Of a stretch of DNA of 64,000 bases, positions 36,863 to 46,749 are shown piece after piece (position 1 is the first letter of the stretch; each line of letters opens with the position of its first letter). The translations under genes and the position numbers were made by a program. The notes under the pieces are model-generated. The model did not search any database. It worked only from the letters and a program-made list of their open reading frames with translations, and was not told the origin of the DNA. Source of the DNA: a phage. The stretch lies in the sequence record OZ413489.1; one strand, 5' to 3'.

Positions 36863-36979
36863 TTATAAGTACTCTGCATCGCATTCAGGACAATGCCAAA
36901 TAAAATCGTCCAGTGCCTTGCACCAACGAAGATTGCAACGACAACCACACTTGCAAATTTTATAAATACCTTTAGACAT
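36863..36979 (-). CDS. small zinc-ribbon protein (38 aa)
   Basis: aggagg RBS; MSKGIYKICKCGCRCNLRWCKALDDFIWHCPECDAEYL; preferred over track ORF 36817..37008. Confidence 0.45.
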   Translation of the reverse strand: MSKGIYKICKCGCRCNLRWCKALDDFIWHCPECDAEYL

Positions 36980-37042
36980 ACTGTACCTCCTAGCTCACTG
37001 TGTGTCAATAATATGCCACATCCTTGTGGCTTTTGTCAAGTA

Positions 37043-39166
37043 TCAGCAAATACAACTTCCATAGTGCTTAACTCGCTCGATAACTTCCGCTTGCTTACCT
37101 TTATTGTAAGGACGGGAGTTAGGACTGGAAAGGTATCCAGACACACGTCGAATTACACTGATCGTTCCCTCTTCATGGTTTCCACACTCTGGGCATACAA
37201 AGCCTTTAGCTGTTGCACTGAACTCACCAGAGAAACCACACTTGAGACATTTATCCACAGGTTGGTTAATACCAAAATACATAATATGTTTATATCCGAA
37301 ATCAACAAGAGTTTCCAAAGCATCTAAGTTGTTTTTCAGATTTGGTGTCTCTACGTATCCGATGTTGCCACCAGAGGAGATCATAGCAAAACCTTCCTCA
37401 TACTCCCACTTATCAAAAGGAGAGCTACTGATCCATACTGGCTGATGGAAACTGTTGGTGAGATATTCATGCTCGTGCTTCAACACTTCCGGATATTCAC
37501 GATCCAGACAGGTTGCAGCTTTATAGCATAGACTTTCAGAAGGGGTGCCGTACAAGCTAAATGCTAGTCTACTTTCCTTCTTGTATCTCTCACAAGCATC
37601 TCTCATGTGCTGAAGGATTCCAAGAGCTAAAGCCTTGTCACCCTCTCTGCCCAAAATCTTACAGGTTTCATACACACCAATATACCCAATACTGATGGAA
37701 GCGTACCCGTCATAGAAGAGTTTATCAATACTCTCTTCAGGATCCAGGCGAGCAAGAGCGCCTTCACACCACATGATAGGGTTCTGCCCTGCCTTGGTGC
37801 CTTTCAGACGGTTAACCCTTACAAGGTGAGCTTCATATGCCAAATCCAGATACTCGTCAAGAACGGCAAAGAAATCAACACCTTCCGTCTTAGCTTTTGC
37901 CGCAATCATTGGTAGGTTAAGGCTAACAACACCCAAGTTGAATCTGCCGAGGTATTTCTCCTCACCTGTTTCCAAGTCATTGTATTTGCTAAGAAAACTC
38001 CGGCAACCCATACTCGTTACTTTGCCATCTGTCGAGCCTGTCACTTTACGATTTAGTGGAACAGAAACAAAGTCAGGATAAATCCGCTCTGCAGAGCATT
38101 CCAGAGCTAATCGTTTCAAATCATAGTTGGGATCTCCAGGGTTCATGTTGACACCCTCTTCTAGGAAGAACAGCACTTTAGGGAACACAGGTGTGATACG
38201 TTCTTCACCAAGACCCATTTTGTGGACTTTCAAGTAGTTTTTGGTAATCATTCTACCAAAGACTGAGGTGTCCAAACCTAAACTCAATGTGATGAATGGA
38301 GTTTGCCCGTTGACAGAAGTTAACGTATTGATTTGATAGAGCAAAGTCTGCATGCTGTCAAATACGTCTTTATCTGTCATTTGCATTGCAACAGTCTCAG
38401 CATCTGGCAACCAATGTTCCTGGCAAAATTTAAGGTTCTTCTCATAAGTCGCCTCAACATACTGTGCCAAATAATGGTCAATATGGCTCATAGTCTGACC
38501 CCCATATTGAGCACTAGCTACTGCACTAGAGATTTGGCTAAGGATTGTTGTTGCAACCCCTATTGACTTCGGCTTACTGACATGGGCGTTACCAATGTTG
38601 AATCCGTTTTCCAACATATCTGGATAATTTACCAAACAACAGTTTGTTAACGGACTGATCAAGTAGTCAAGATCATGCACATGGATGAAGCCTTTATTGT
38701 GCTCTTCTGAGACACGGTCTGGCAGGATCTGTGTTGATGCAAGGTGTTTGCTAAGGATGCCTGCAAGCAGGTCACGATGAGTGTGTACATGATTGGTAGG
38801 CTTATTTGCGTTTTCTTTTGTAAATTCATCACAAGTTCGATCCAAGAAGCCACTAATATCTGCAAGCAGTTTTCCACCTGCCTCTCTGTTATTATCTCTT
38901 GTCTGTCTATACTGGATGTATTCTCTGGCTGCACATTTTAAACCCATATCCATAAGAGCATCTTCAACAAGGATATGGATATTTTTTACAGAGATCGTGC
39001 ACTGGTCGGTTGGTAGATTGTTAGCAACAACTTCATTAACCGCACAAGCGATCCGGTAAGCTTCTTCTTCAGTATGTCCAGACTCAAGTAAGGCGGACTC
39101 TGCCGCCTTGATCACCTTAATTCCGTTATAGACCTCTTCTCTACCGTCCCGTTTTACAACTTTCAC
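37043..39166 (-). CDS. nrdD: anaerobic ribonucleoside-triphosphate reductase (class III)
   Basis: N-terminal ATP-cone; C-terminal Cys cluster and glycyl-radical motif RVSGYL; 707 aa. Confidence 0.85.
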   Translation of the reverse strand: MKVVKRDGREEVYNGIKVIKAAESALLESGHTEEEAYRIACAVNEVVANNLPTDQCTISVKNIHILVEDALMDMGLKCAAREYIQYRQTRDNNREAGGKLLADISGFLDRTCDEFTKENANKPTNHVHTHRDLLAGILSKHLASTQILPDRVSEEHNKGFIHVHDLDYLISPLTNCCLVNYPDMLENGFNIGNAHVSKPKSIGVATTILSQISSAVASAQYGGQTMSHIDHYLAQYVEATYEKNLKFCQEHWLPDAETVAMQMTDKDVFDSMQTLLYQINTLTSVNGQTPFITLSLGLDTSVFGRMITKNYLKVHKMGLGEERITPVFPKVLFFLEEGVNMNPGDPNYDLKRLALECSAERIYPDFVSVPLNRKVTGSTDGKVTSMGCRSFLSKYNDLETGEEKYLGRFNLGVVSLNLPMIAAKAKTEGVDFFAVLDEYLDLAYEAHLVRVNRLKGTKAGQNPIMWCEGALARLDPEESIDKLFYDGYASISIGYIGVYETCKILGREGDKALALGILQHMRDACERYKKESRLAFSLYGTPSESLCYKAATCLDREYPEVLKHEHEYLTNSFHQPVWISSSPFDKWEYEEGFAMISSGGNIGYVETPNLKNNLDALETLVDFGYKHIMYFGINQPVDKCLKCGFSGEFSATAKGFVCPECGNHEEGTISVIRRVSGYLSSPNSRPYNKGKQAEVIERVKHYGSCIC

Positions 39167-39441
39167 TTTTTCTCTCCAAAACCATTCTTAACAAAAGAGA
39201 TGAAATCGTCGGCACCGCCTATATGGACACTTTCAAGATTGCTTTCTAAGAAGATCTGCGGCAACGTTCTGGGTACGATTGGACTGCACTTCTCAATAAG
39301 CTCTTCTTTTGTGTAACCCTCGCCAAGTGTCTTATATACAAAAGGCAGACCTTTACTGACTGCAAATTCTTTTGCTCTTACACAATGTGGGCAGTTATCT
39401 TTACCGTAAATAATAAAGAAAAAAGATTTTTCACAGCTCAT
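39163..39441 (-). CDS. glutaredoxin/thioredoxin-like protein (CPHC)
   Basis: GKDNCPHCVRAKEF redox motif; between nrdB and nrdD. Confidence 0.7.
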   Translation of the reverse strand: MSCEKSFFFIIYGKDNCPHCVRAKEFAVSKGLPFVYKTLGEGYTKEELIEKCSPIVPRTLPQIFLESNLESVHIGGADDFISFVKNGFGEKK

Positions 39442-39444
39442 GTA

Positions 39445-40533
39445 TTAAAACTCCCAAATTTCTTCTTCAGCGTCATTAACAGTTGTGTTGACGCGGTAGT
39501 CAGTGTTCGACATTTCTTGGTTCGCCGTCTGTTGCAATGAAGGTTTCATCCACACCTGCATAAACGGTAGAGGGTCCTTTGTTGGCGGCACAAAGTCTTT
39601 GTCGATGCCGTAGTAATCATAAATCGGTGAGCAGTTATAGTCAACCCATTCTTTAAGCAACGGTGAGTTAAGACCTATAATCGCTCTTCCTTCGCTGAAA
39701 ATATAGTCACTCCAACCGTACTCTTTGGTTCGTACTTCATCAAGAATCTCTTTTAACTCCCCTTTTATCTCAAGGAAGCTTTTCTCCCATGCCGGATCAT
39801 TAAGCAGGATATCAATGATGGCAAAATCACCTTTCGAGTGTAGCATTTCGTCAAGCATGATTTTTTGAACAAGCTGCGCCACCTGAACAAAAATACCCTG
39901 TTCAGCTACTGCGAAAGTGCATGCAAAACTTGCAATAAACTCAATACTTTCCAGGGCTAAAAGTGCAAAAAGCGCTCTAAGAATGCATTTCCGCACAATA
40001 TCTTCTTCAACACTAGAAGGATCCAGTCGGTATTTTGCACCAATAACCTCAAGCTCTTGCATGTATTTGACAATAACGCCAGATCTGCTCAGAACGTTTT
40101 GGTTTTCCTGAATCTCTTCTATAATCTCACGGGCATTGGGGAGGCATTGTCTAACAATCTCTGAGTAAGTTAGTGCGTGAAGAACTTCAATCTCTGACTG
40201 TTTCATCAATAGAGTGAAAAGCTCACTATTAGTGATGAATGGTGAAAAGAGGCAGATGATCGATCTTGCCGCAACGCTATCAGCCTCCCATTGCCACATC
40301 AAGGTCTGCACCATCACGTCATAAGTTGACTTGGAGCATGTTACAAAATCTGAAATAGATTGCGACAAATCCACTTCATCCTCTGCCCAATCTTGCTCTT
40401 TTTGTTTTTTGTATAGTTCAAACAGTTGTGGATATTTTTTGTTGATAGAGTCATACATACCCATTTGCTGTCCTAGAAACAGCGGATAGTCACCAGTTTT
40501 ATGAGCGGTGTTCTCAGCATTAAATACAGCCAT
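39445..40533 (-). CDS. nrdB: ribonucleotide reductase class Ia beta subunit
   Basis: 362 aa immediately downstream of nrdA; called from length and operon position. Confidence 0.75.
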   Translation of the reverse strand: MAVFNAENTAHKTGDYPLFLGQQMGMYDSINKKYPQLFELYKKQKEQDWAEDEVDLSQSISDFVTCSKSTYDVMVQTLMWQWEADSVAARSIICLFSPFITNSELFTLLMKQSEIEVLHALTYSEIVRQCLPNAREIIEEIQENQNVLSRSGVIVKYMQELEVIGAKYRLDPSSVEEDIVRKCILRALFALLALESIEFIASFACTFAVAEQGIFVQVAQLVQKIMLDEMLHSKGDFAIIDILLNDPAWEKSFLEIKGELKEILDEVRTKEYGWSDYIFSEGRAIIGLNSPLLKEWVDYNCSPIYDYYGIDKDFVPPTKDPLPFMQVWMKPSLQQTANQEMSNTDYRVNTTVNDAEEEIWEF

Positions 40534-40572
40534 TATTCTAACCTCTAAAATGGGGCCGAAGCCCCTTTAAAA

Positions 40573-42888
40573 TTATAGTGCACAACTTTCGCAATACGGA
40601 TCTTCAACCGAACTATCTGCAATCAAAGGGTAGTTCTTTCTGGTTTCATCTTCAGCCTGTTTCTTGGCATGAAGTTCCTCTGCCAATGAGTCACCAGCAC
40701 CAACCCTGGAGTTTAAATAATACCATGTCTTCATCCCGAATTTAGTGGCACGGATAAGGTACCCTAGCTGCTCCTTCATTGAAATTTTACCATCTTTCAA
40801 CTTGGTGTAGTCTATGTATAAATCCGCGCTGATTGCCTGACCTGTAAATTTTTGAATCACAGCATACATATCGATCATGTCGTTAGTATCAACGTCCCAA
40901 GCCGAGGTGTAATACTCTTTCAACTCATCATAGTCAGGAACGATAAACAGCACCTGCCCTTGTGGCGACTTTTTAAAGATAATGTGCTCACGGACAGGAT
41001 AAACCCCGTTAGTGGTGTTTGTTGCCAGCGAAGAGCTTTCATTAGGCATATATGCTTCAAGAACGCTATTACGTAGCCCACCATTTTCAATGATTTCTTT
41101 ACGTAACCCTTCCCAATCCTGTTTAAGAGAAGGATCTTTCACCACGCTATCGACCTCTTTGTTATAGGTGTCGATTGGTAACCAACCTTCTGGATATTTT
41201 GTTTTATGCATCCACTCGCAGACACCACGCTCTTTTGCCAACCGTAAACTTGCCTTATGCAAGCTGTAGCTGTGAAGTTCTGCAAGATCGTGAACAAGCT
41301 GTTTACTTTCAGGAGATCCGTAAGTAACCTTGTGGCTGGCAATAAAATGTGCAACATTGGTAAGGCCAACCCCGATGGATCTGCGTTTTTTAACTGTGCT
41401 TTCCATATTTTCATACGGATATGTCATGATTTCCATAACATTGTCAATCATAAGCACCGTGTAGTATGCAACATCCTCATACTCCTCTGGAGTAACCCTT
41501 CCAGCTACAAGAGATGACAGGAAGCACAATGCAACCTCTCCATCATCAGCATCGTACTTGAAGATATTACGCATATCTGAATAGCCTTTTGTAGGGAGGG
41601 CTATTTCTGCACACAGGTTACTTGAATAGATCACATCTTTAAAAGGTGTATGTCTATTCATCTCATCTGTCCAGTATACATACAGCCTTCCCACCTCAGT
41701 ACGCTGCGTGATCAGTTCAACAGCAAGATCTCTGGCTCGGATCCATGTTTTAGGAATACTGTCATCTTTAGCAATACGATCAACCTCTGCATCAAACTCC
41801 TCCATAGACATGGTGAAGATACCCTCATGCAGTTGAGGAGCGTGCTTATAAGAAACAAGCATCCAATCTAAATTCTTAGCCACACGGTTGATAAACGACC
41901 TATTAATACCGATGGAGTAGTCCATGGTGTTGATTCTTTTTGAAGCAACAGTCATAGGGTTTCTCAAGCGGATTAGCTCATCAATCTGCGGGTCTAGTGC
42001 AAGGAATGATACTGTTGCAGAACCGCCACGTGATTGTTGTCTGTTCTCCTTAACACCAGCATCAATACCTCGATAATATGGAATCTTACCCATGTGTTTA
42101 ATAGTGTTACCGCGAACACCATCACCTGCAGATCTTGATGATAAATAGTAGCCGATACCTGCTTGGTTAACCGTCATTGTGTACGCAACTTCACGTGCCA
42201 CACCAATAGATTTTGCTGTATCGTCAGCTTTTATTACACAACAAGATGCATACCCTGTCTTACCTGTGCGCAGCCCGTTTAAGTACGGTGTCGGGGCATT
42301 GATCTTTAAGTCGGACAGATAAGTGTATAATTTTACAACATCGTTGATACGACGTTCTTTTGGCATATTCTTCATGACAGCCATTGCTATCCCCATAAAC
42401 ATCATCTGGGGAGATTCAAACAAGGTGTCTTTAAGAGTATCCTTGATCCCGTATTTGTCGCGAAACTGTTTAAGGACTGCATAGCCATAACCGAGATCTT
42501 TACTGTGGTCAATAACAGCGTCTAAAGTGTTTAGCTCGGTAAAGCTATATCCCATATCCTCCCAATACCCTTTCTCAACCATGTCGTTGTAAAATGATGG
42601 TAAGGAAGGGATCTTTGTAAACCCTCCAAAAGCCTCTTTATAAATCTGACCAATAAGAACACGACCAGCCATACGGGAATGTGCTTCGTCTTTACGGCTA
42701 ACACAGGAGTCTATGATAGCTTGGTTAACTTCTTTGGTTGTACATCCATCATACAGTCGTTTGTATGCATCCAGTGCAATATGTGACCAATTGCCGTTAC
42801 CGTCGTCACCGAAAATAGCTGCCTTATTTAAACGTTCTGGATCGAATGCCACTTCACATCCGTTGCTTTTAATTACCTTGGTGATCAA
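40573..42888 (-). CDS. nrdA: ribonucleotide reductase class Ia alpha subunit
   Basis: N-terminal ATP-cone (VIKSNGCEVAFDPERL); 771 aa. Confidence 0.85.
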   Translation of the reverse strand: MITKVIKSNGCEVAFDPERLNKAAIFGDDGNGNWSHIALDAYKRLYDGCTTKEVNQAIIDSCVSRKDEAHSRMAGRVLIGQIYKEAFGGFTKIPSLPSFYNDMVEKGYWEDMGYSFTELNTLDAVIDHSKDLGYGYAVLKQFRDKYGIKDTLKDTLFESPQMMFMGIAMAVMKNMPKERRINDVVKLYTYLSDLKINAPTPYLNGLRTGKTGYASCCVIKADDTAKSIGVAREVAYTMTVNQAGIGYYLSSRSAGDGVRGNTIKHMGKIPYYRGIDAGVKENRQQSRGGSATVSFLALDPQIDELIRLRNPMTVASKRINTMDYSIGINRSFINRVAKNLDWMLVSYKHAPQLHEGIFTMSMEEFDAEVDRIAKDDSIPKTWIRARDLAVELITQRTEVGRLYVYWTDEMNRHTPFKDVIYSSNLCAEIALPTKGYSDMRNIFKYDADDGEVALCFLSSLVAGRVTPEEYEDVAYYTVLMIDNVMEIMTYPYENMESTVKKRRSIGVGLTNVAHFIASHKVTYGSPESKQLVHDLAELHSYSLHKASLRLAKERGVCEWMHKTKYPEGWLPIDTYNKEVDSVVKDPSLKQDWEGLRKEIIENGGLRNSVLEAYMPNESSSLATNTTNGVYPVREHIIFKKSPQGQVLFIVPDYDELKEYYTSAWDVDTNDMIDMYAVIQKFTGQAISADLYIDYTKLKDGKISMKEQLGYLIRATKFGMKTWYYLNSRVGAGDSLAEELHAKKQAEDETRKNYPLIADSSVEDPYCESCAL

Positions 42889-43115
42889 TTTGCTTCCTCC
42901 ACTTCATCAACGTATTTATCAAGGCAGGTATCAGTATCTTGCTGGATAAAGGTATCCTCTTCTACAGAGATATTTATAATTTTGCCTGTATACTCGTCAT
43001 AATAAACATCATCATACATTTTAATATCGTTTGTCAGGCCGTTGAACCAAAGCCAACCAACATACTCTGACCGACTTGCAAAACCAAGATCCTTCCACTT
43101 GGAGTTATGACTCAT
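42885..43115 (-). CDS. hypothetical protein
   Basis: Start at MSHNSKW after aaggtgg RBS; track ORF extended to 43193. Confidence 0.5.
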   Translation of the reverse strand: MSHNSKWKDLGFASRSEYVGWLWFNGLTNDIKMYDDVYYDEYTGKIINISVEEDTFIQQDTDTCLDKYVDEVEEAN

Positions 43116-43125
43116 CTTCACCACC

Positions 43126-43626
43126 TTAGCTTTCAATACCGAATAATTTTTCCAGGCGATGCAGATCTTCAAAATTGAAAGGTTCATCAACAATATGAAT
43201 ATCTTCAGCCTTTTCAGATTGTTTTGTATACTTTCTTACATTAACACGATCCTCTACAGGAATATCATACGGAAGATCTTGAACAAGCATTGCCTCACCA
43301 GGTGCTTTATCCACATCTAAAATATCTACACCGTTATACATTTGCGGGTATCTAAAGTCTGCACGCATGACACCAGCAAATACATCTGCCTTTCGATAAT
43401 GTGTTGGCTTATTTTTGCATCGAACGTTTTTTCCACGAAGAACATCAATACTTTTTAAATCAAACCCTACGGCAAAGAGTGCAGCTCGGAGACCGTTTCG
43501 TGTGCGAACGTTAAACCCGGGAACGGTAGATAGGAAATCCAAAGTAACTGAAATAAATGTCTTTTTAGGAATCATAACATTACTCATATCTGTCTCCATT
43601 TCTGGCTCACCAACAAAGTGAGCCAT
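43126..43626 (-). CDS. hypothetical protein (nucleotide-metabolism context)
   Basis: 166 aa between thyX and nrdA; no motif recognised. Confidence 0.55.
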   Translation of the reverse strand: MAHFVGEPEMETDMSNVMIPKKTFISVTLDFLSTVPGFNVRTRNGLRAALFAVGFDLKSIDVLRGKNVRCKNKPTHYRKADVFAGVMRADFRYPQMYNGVDILDVDKAPGEAMLVQDLPYDIPVEDRVNVRKYTKQSEKAEDIHIVDEPFNFEDLHRLEKLFGIES

Positions 43627-43685
43627 TATTATAGATTATCTAATACTATTAGTCAACACAAAAGTTACCTATCGCTGTGATAGGA

Positions 43686-44669
43686 TTAACCTTTCACGAA
43701 GTGGTTATTAAGCAGTTGTCTGTGCTGAACCCACCCACAAAAGTTGGCAGACCAGAATTTACCATCACGGTCTTGATGGGTTACACCTTCCTGCCAAGTA
43801 CTGATGTCTTGTGTGATTTCACATGAAGACAGGTAGTAGTTTAAACGTTCCATTGCGTTATCGTGATCCATAGGTGTTGCCTGGTGCTCGTAAGGGCTTG
43901 CATGAATACGATCCCCACCAATCAATTTTTTAGCAACACTATCTGCCTTTTCAAACGTGCTGTCAATATTTCGATAAGATACTTGTGCACAGCAACTAGC
44001 ACTGATAGACAGAGCTTCTTTAGTATCGAGAATGCAAAGCTTTCCTTCTGTGTCACGTACAGCGTAGTTAAACTCTCCGTCCAAATAAACGTGCTCTACA
44101 TATGGGGTGTGCCATTGACCCGGTTTAAGGATTTCAGGAGTGCTATTCTCAAGAGCCTCCCACATACAATTAGCTAACATCTGAATCGTAGGATCCGCAT
44201 CGTGCCAGCAACGGAGGTGGAAAAAATTATTCCACTCGGTGCTTGTTACAACTGTTTTCATGCGCTGGAACGGCTCCACTAAGCGGTTACATACTTGCTT
44301 ATGGTAACCAGCAAGGGCGAACTTCTCTGCATGCCAAGCGGCGTTTTTTGCAGCTTCTTTCCAAAACTCTTCAGGAGTTAGCTCCATGTCAGTGTACTCT
44401 ACACGGATCTTTTGATCGTGTTCCCCACCATCTTCCATTCCTCGCTTATTTACACCGAAGCGAACTGGCATTGCCGGATTCTCCACAATCTGTTGCAGCA
44501 TCTTTCCGACAGGCACTGCACGGGAAGACATGGCGTTTCGGCTGAACACTCGGTGCGTCATAAGCTCTGAGTGAATAATTCGAGGATACTCTAGCTCAAA
44601 AGTGGTGATGCGCTTACCTTTCTCGGAAATGCTGTCAGCAATGATCTTTGCAGTGCACAGTTTTAGCAT
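43686..44669 (-). CDS. thyX: flavin-dependent thymidylate synthase (ThyX-like)
   Basis: HRVFSRNAMSSR matches the ThyX RHRx7S motif with Thr in place of the first Arg. Confidence 0.6.
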   Translation of the reverse strand: MLKLCTAKIIADSISEKGKRITTFELEYPRIIHSELMTHRVFSRNAMSSRAVPVGKMLQQIVENPAMPVRFGVNKRGMEDGGEHDQKIRVEYTDMELTPEEFWKEAAKNAAWHAEKFALAGYHKQVCNRLVEPFQRMKTVVTSTEWNNFFHLRCWHDADPTIQMLANCMWEALENSTPEILKPGQWHTPYVEHVYLDGEFNYAVRDTEGKLCILDTKEALSISASCCAQVSYRNIDSTFEKADSVAKKLIGGDRIHASPYEHQATPMDHDNAMERLNYYLSSCEITQDISTWQEGVTHQDRDGKFWSANFCGWVQHRQLLNNHFVKG

Positions 44670-44869
44670 TATTTAGCTCTCCTTGTTTTAATTTTGGAAA
44701 TTTCGTCTGGGTTTATGTTGGCCTTAAATGCAAGGTATCTGTTGAACATATCGGAGCACATGTCTTGGGTGATCCTAGAGGCATACACTAGCTTACCTCC
44801 TAGATCATACACCTCTAGCCAGTCACCGTATCTGACTACAGGATCGCCACCTTTAGAACATCTGCCCAT
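44669..44869 (-). CDS. hypothetical protein
   Basis: 66-aa ORF. Confidence 0.5.
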   Translation of the reverse strand: MGRCSKGGDPVVRYGDWLEVYDLGGKLVYASRITQDMCSDMFNRYLAFKANINPDEISKIKTRRAK

Positions 44870-44870
44870 T

Positions 44871-45464
44871 TCAAATACCTTCTAAAAATTTTCCTATTTT
44901 ATACCAGCTATTAGCGGTATAGTCAACACTGACCTTTAACTCCTCGAATTGCTCATAAGGCGTATCTTTTAGGATTTTAATAACTTCAGGTCGTGAAGCG
45001 AATTGGTTCAGGTATTCATGCCTGTCATCAATTATAACATCTACAGCCACATTTCCTTTGAAATGTGTGGCGTAGAATCCGTGGCCCTGGGTGTGATCGT
45101 CCAGATCCATAAAATCACTGGTCCAACGCTTTAAGAACCTTGATTTAGATGCAAGGTGACCTTTCTTGCATACCGAGATAAATGCAAGCTTGTGACCACG
45201 AGCCACCAAATCTTTCATAACCTCAATAGCCCCCTCTTCAGGCTTAAGGAAGTCGTAGAGGGACGGATCACTCCAGAAATCAAAAGGTCCTATGATGTTT
45301 TCTTTGGGACGATCAGGCCAATACTTTGACAGATCGTAATACATTAGCCCATTAGAAGGTTTAGCTACTGTCTTACTGGCTGGACCATACAAACGCTCCA
45401 ACCACTCCCACCATGCTGTTCCTGAATCTACCAGTGTCAGATCTACATCAATTCCGATTAACAT
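44871..45464 (-). CDS. HAD-family 5'(3')-deoxyribonucleotidase
   Basis: N-terminal IGIDVDLTL (DxDxT) motif. Confidence 0.6.
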   Translation of the reverse strand: MLIGIDVDLTLVDSGTAWWEWLERLYGPASKTVAKPSNGLMYYDLSKYWPDRPKENIIGPFDFWSDPSLYDFLKPEEGAIEVMKDLVARGHKLAFISVCKKGHLASKSRFLKRWTSDFMDLDDHTQGHGFYATHFKGNVAVDVIIDDRHEYLNQFASRPEVIKILKDTPYEQFEELKVSVDYTANSWYKIGKFLEGI

Positions 45465-46072
45465 TCTTCTTGGGCCTCTTTAGCATCAATATACTTGCAC
45501 ACAATCTCCGATGCACACTCCCAAGGTGCACCTTCAGGGTTTACAACATCAAACTCAACCCCTTTTATTCCGTTCTTTTCCAGACTTAGATAGGTTCTGG
45601 AATCATTTCCCCAGTCATATCCTACACGGTGAATACGGAACAACAACAGATCTCCACCTGTGCTGTATGCGTACTCGCTAAGGCATGCCAGCTCCTCTTT
45701 GAATCCCCCATCGGAGTAAACAATAACCCCTTTACCTTCAGGGAAATCTTTCTTCAAAGATGCGACTGCGGCTTTACCGAAAGCATCTTCACCAAAGATA
45801 GGTTTAATCAGATTTTCACTACAATGGATCATCCATTCTCGCGGAGAAACATGCTTGCCGTCTATCATTAAGAAAGGGCAAGGCTCTTCTTTGTAGTGAC
45901 GGTCATAAAGTGCATTCCAGAGTTGAGGAGTTACACCAGCTGCCTTAATTGCCACACTGAAGAGCATTTCCTTAACCTCGCGGTGGTGTGAGTTAGGAAT
46001 AGCTTCCAACAAGAGATCTGCAATGTGATCCTTACCACTGCTGGGTGGGGCGTTAAGAACAATAATATCCAT
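45458..46072 (-). CDS. P-loop kinase, probable dNMP kinase
   Basis: Walker A NAPPSSGKDH; layout resembles T4 gp1. Confidence 0.5.
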   Translation of the reverse strand: MDIIVLNAPPSSGKDHIADLLLEAIPNSHHREVKEMLFSVAIKAAGVTPQLWNALYDRHYKEEPCPFLMIDGKHVSPREWMIHCSENLIKPIFGEDAFGKAAVASLKKDFPEGKGVIVYSDGGFKEELACLSEYAYSTGGDLLLFRIHRVGYDWGNDSRTYLSLEKNGIKGVEFDVVNPEGAPWECASEIVCKYIDAKEAQEEC

Positions 46073-46275
46073 TAAAAACCTCCGTGGTATTCTTCAACTG
46101 CATCAATAATACTTTTACACTTATCTACCAGCTCGTTAGCCACTACAGAATCGTCTTCCCAAACAGCCTCCTCAATCTGATCAAGCAATGATCGCATCTT
46201 ACTCATCATTTCTGGGATAAAGTTTTCTGAAAAGTTGTCTGGAATTGTTAACTCTAGTGTCATTTCGGTCTCCAA
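46072..46275 (-). CDS. hypothetical acidic protein
   Basis: 67-aa ORF. Confidence 0.5.
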   Translation of the reverse strand: METEMTLELTIPDNFSENFIPEMMSKMRSLLDQIEEAVWEDDSVVANELVDKCKSIIDAVEEYHGGF

Positions 46276-46290
46276 TCATACTATGCGTTA

Positions 46291-46749
46291 TTAGAAGTTT
46301 GTTTTTACACGTCCCTTCTCATCAACCTCGTTGTTAGCTAAAAGCGTTACAAAGTCTGTGAAACGAACATGAAGAACCCTTTTCTTATCAAGGTATCCTA
46401 AAGCCACCCCTGAGAAATTTAGCATCAAAGGGGCTAAAGAAGCTCTGGCACTGAAATGCTGTTGTTCTACCCTTCCAACACCCTTAGTGTAGGATGGGTT
46501 AAGATTGTAAGTTCTGAATCCCAGTTTTGTTGGAGCTTTAGAATTAAAAACGACTTTATAGCGTTTCTTACTCAACTTATGCTCCAGGATAAGCATTCCC
46601 TTATCACCTTTGATAAGTTGAAAATCTGTAAAGTGCTCTTTTAAGACGAAAGGTAGTGCCAGTCCCATCGCCTGTCCTCTTTGTACCGCTGTCTCACCAA
46701 AAGCTTTTGCATCAGTAAGTTCTTTGGTCAAGTCTATGCTTTTGATCAT
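46291..46749 (-). CDS. hypothetical protein
   Basis: 152-aa ORF. Confidence 0.6.
   Translation of the reverse strand: MIKSIDLTKELTDAKAFGETAVQRGQAMGLALPFVLKEHFTDFQLIKGDKGMLILEHKLSKKRYKVVFNSKAPTKLGFRTYNLNPSYTKGVGRVEQQHFSARASLAPLMLNFSGVALGYLDKKRVLHVRFTDFVTLLANNEVDEKGRVKTNF

Noticed and set aside
37242-42949. Numerous + strand ORFs of 60-140 aa within nrdD, nrdB and nrdA
   Set aside because: Antisense to long, motif-supported reductase genes; no independent start signals.
43126-43626. Dihydrofolate reductase assignment for the 166-aa protein between thyX and nrdA
   Set aside because: Position suggested DHFR by analogy with T4 frd, but no DHFR N-terminal or GR-T-ES type motif is recognisable; left hypothetical.
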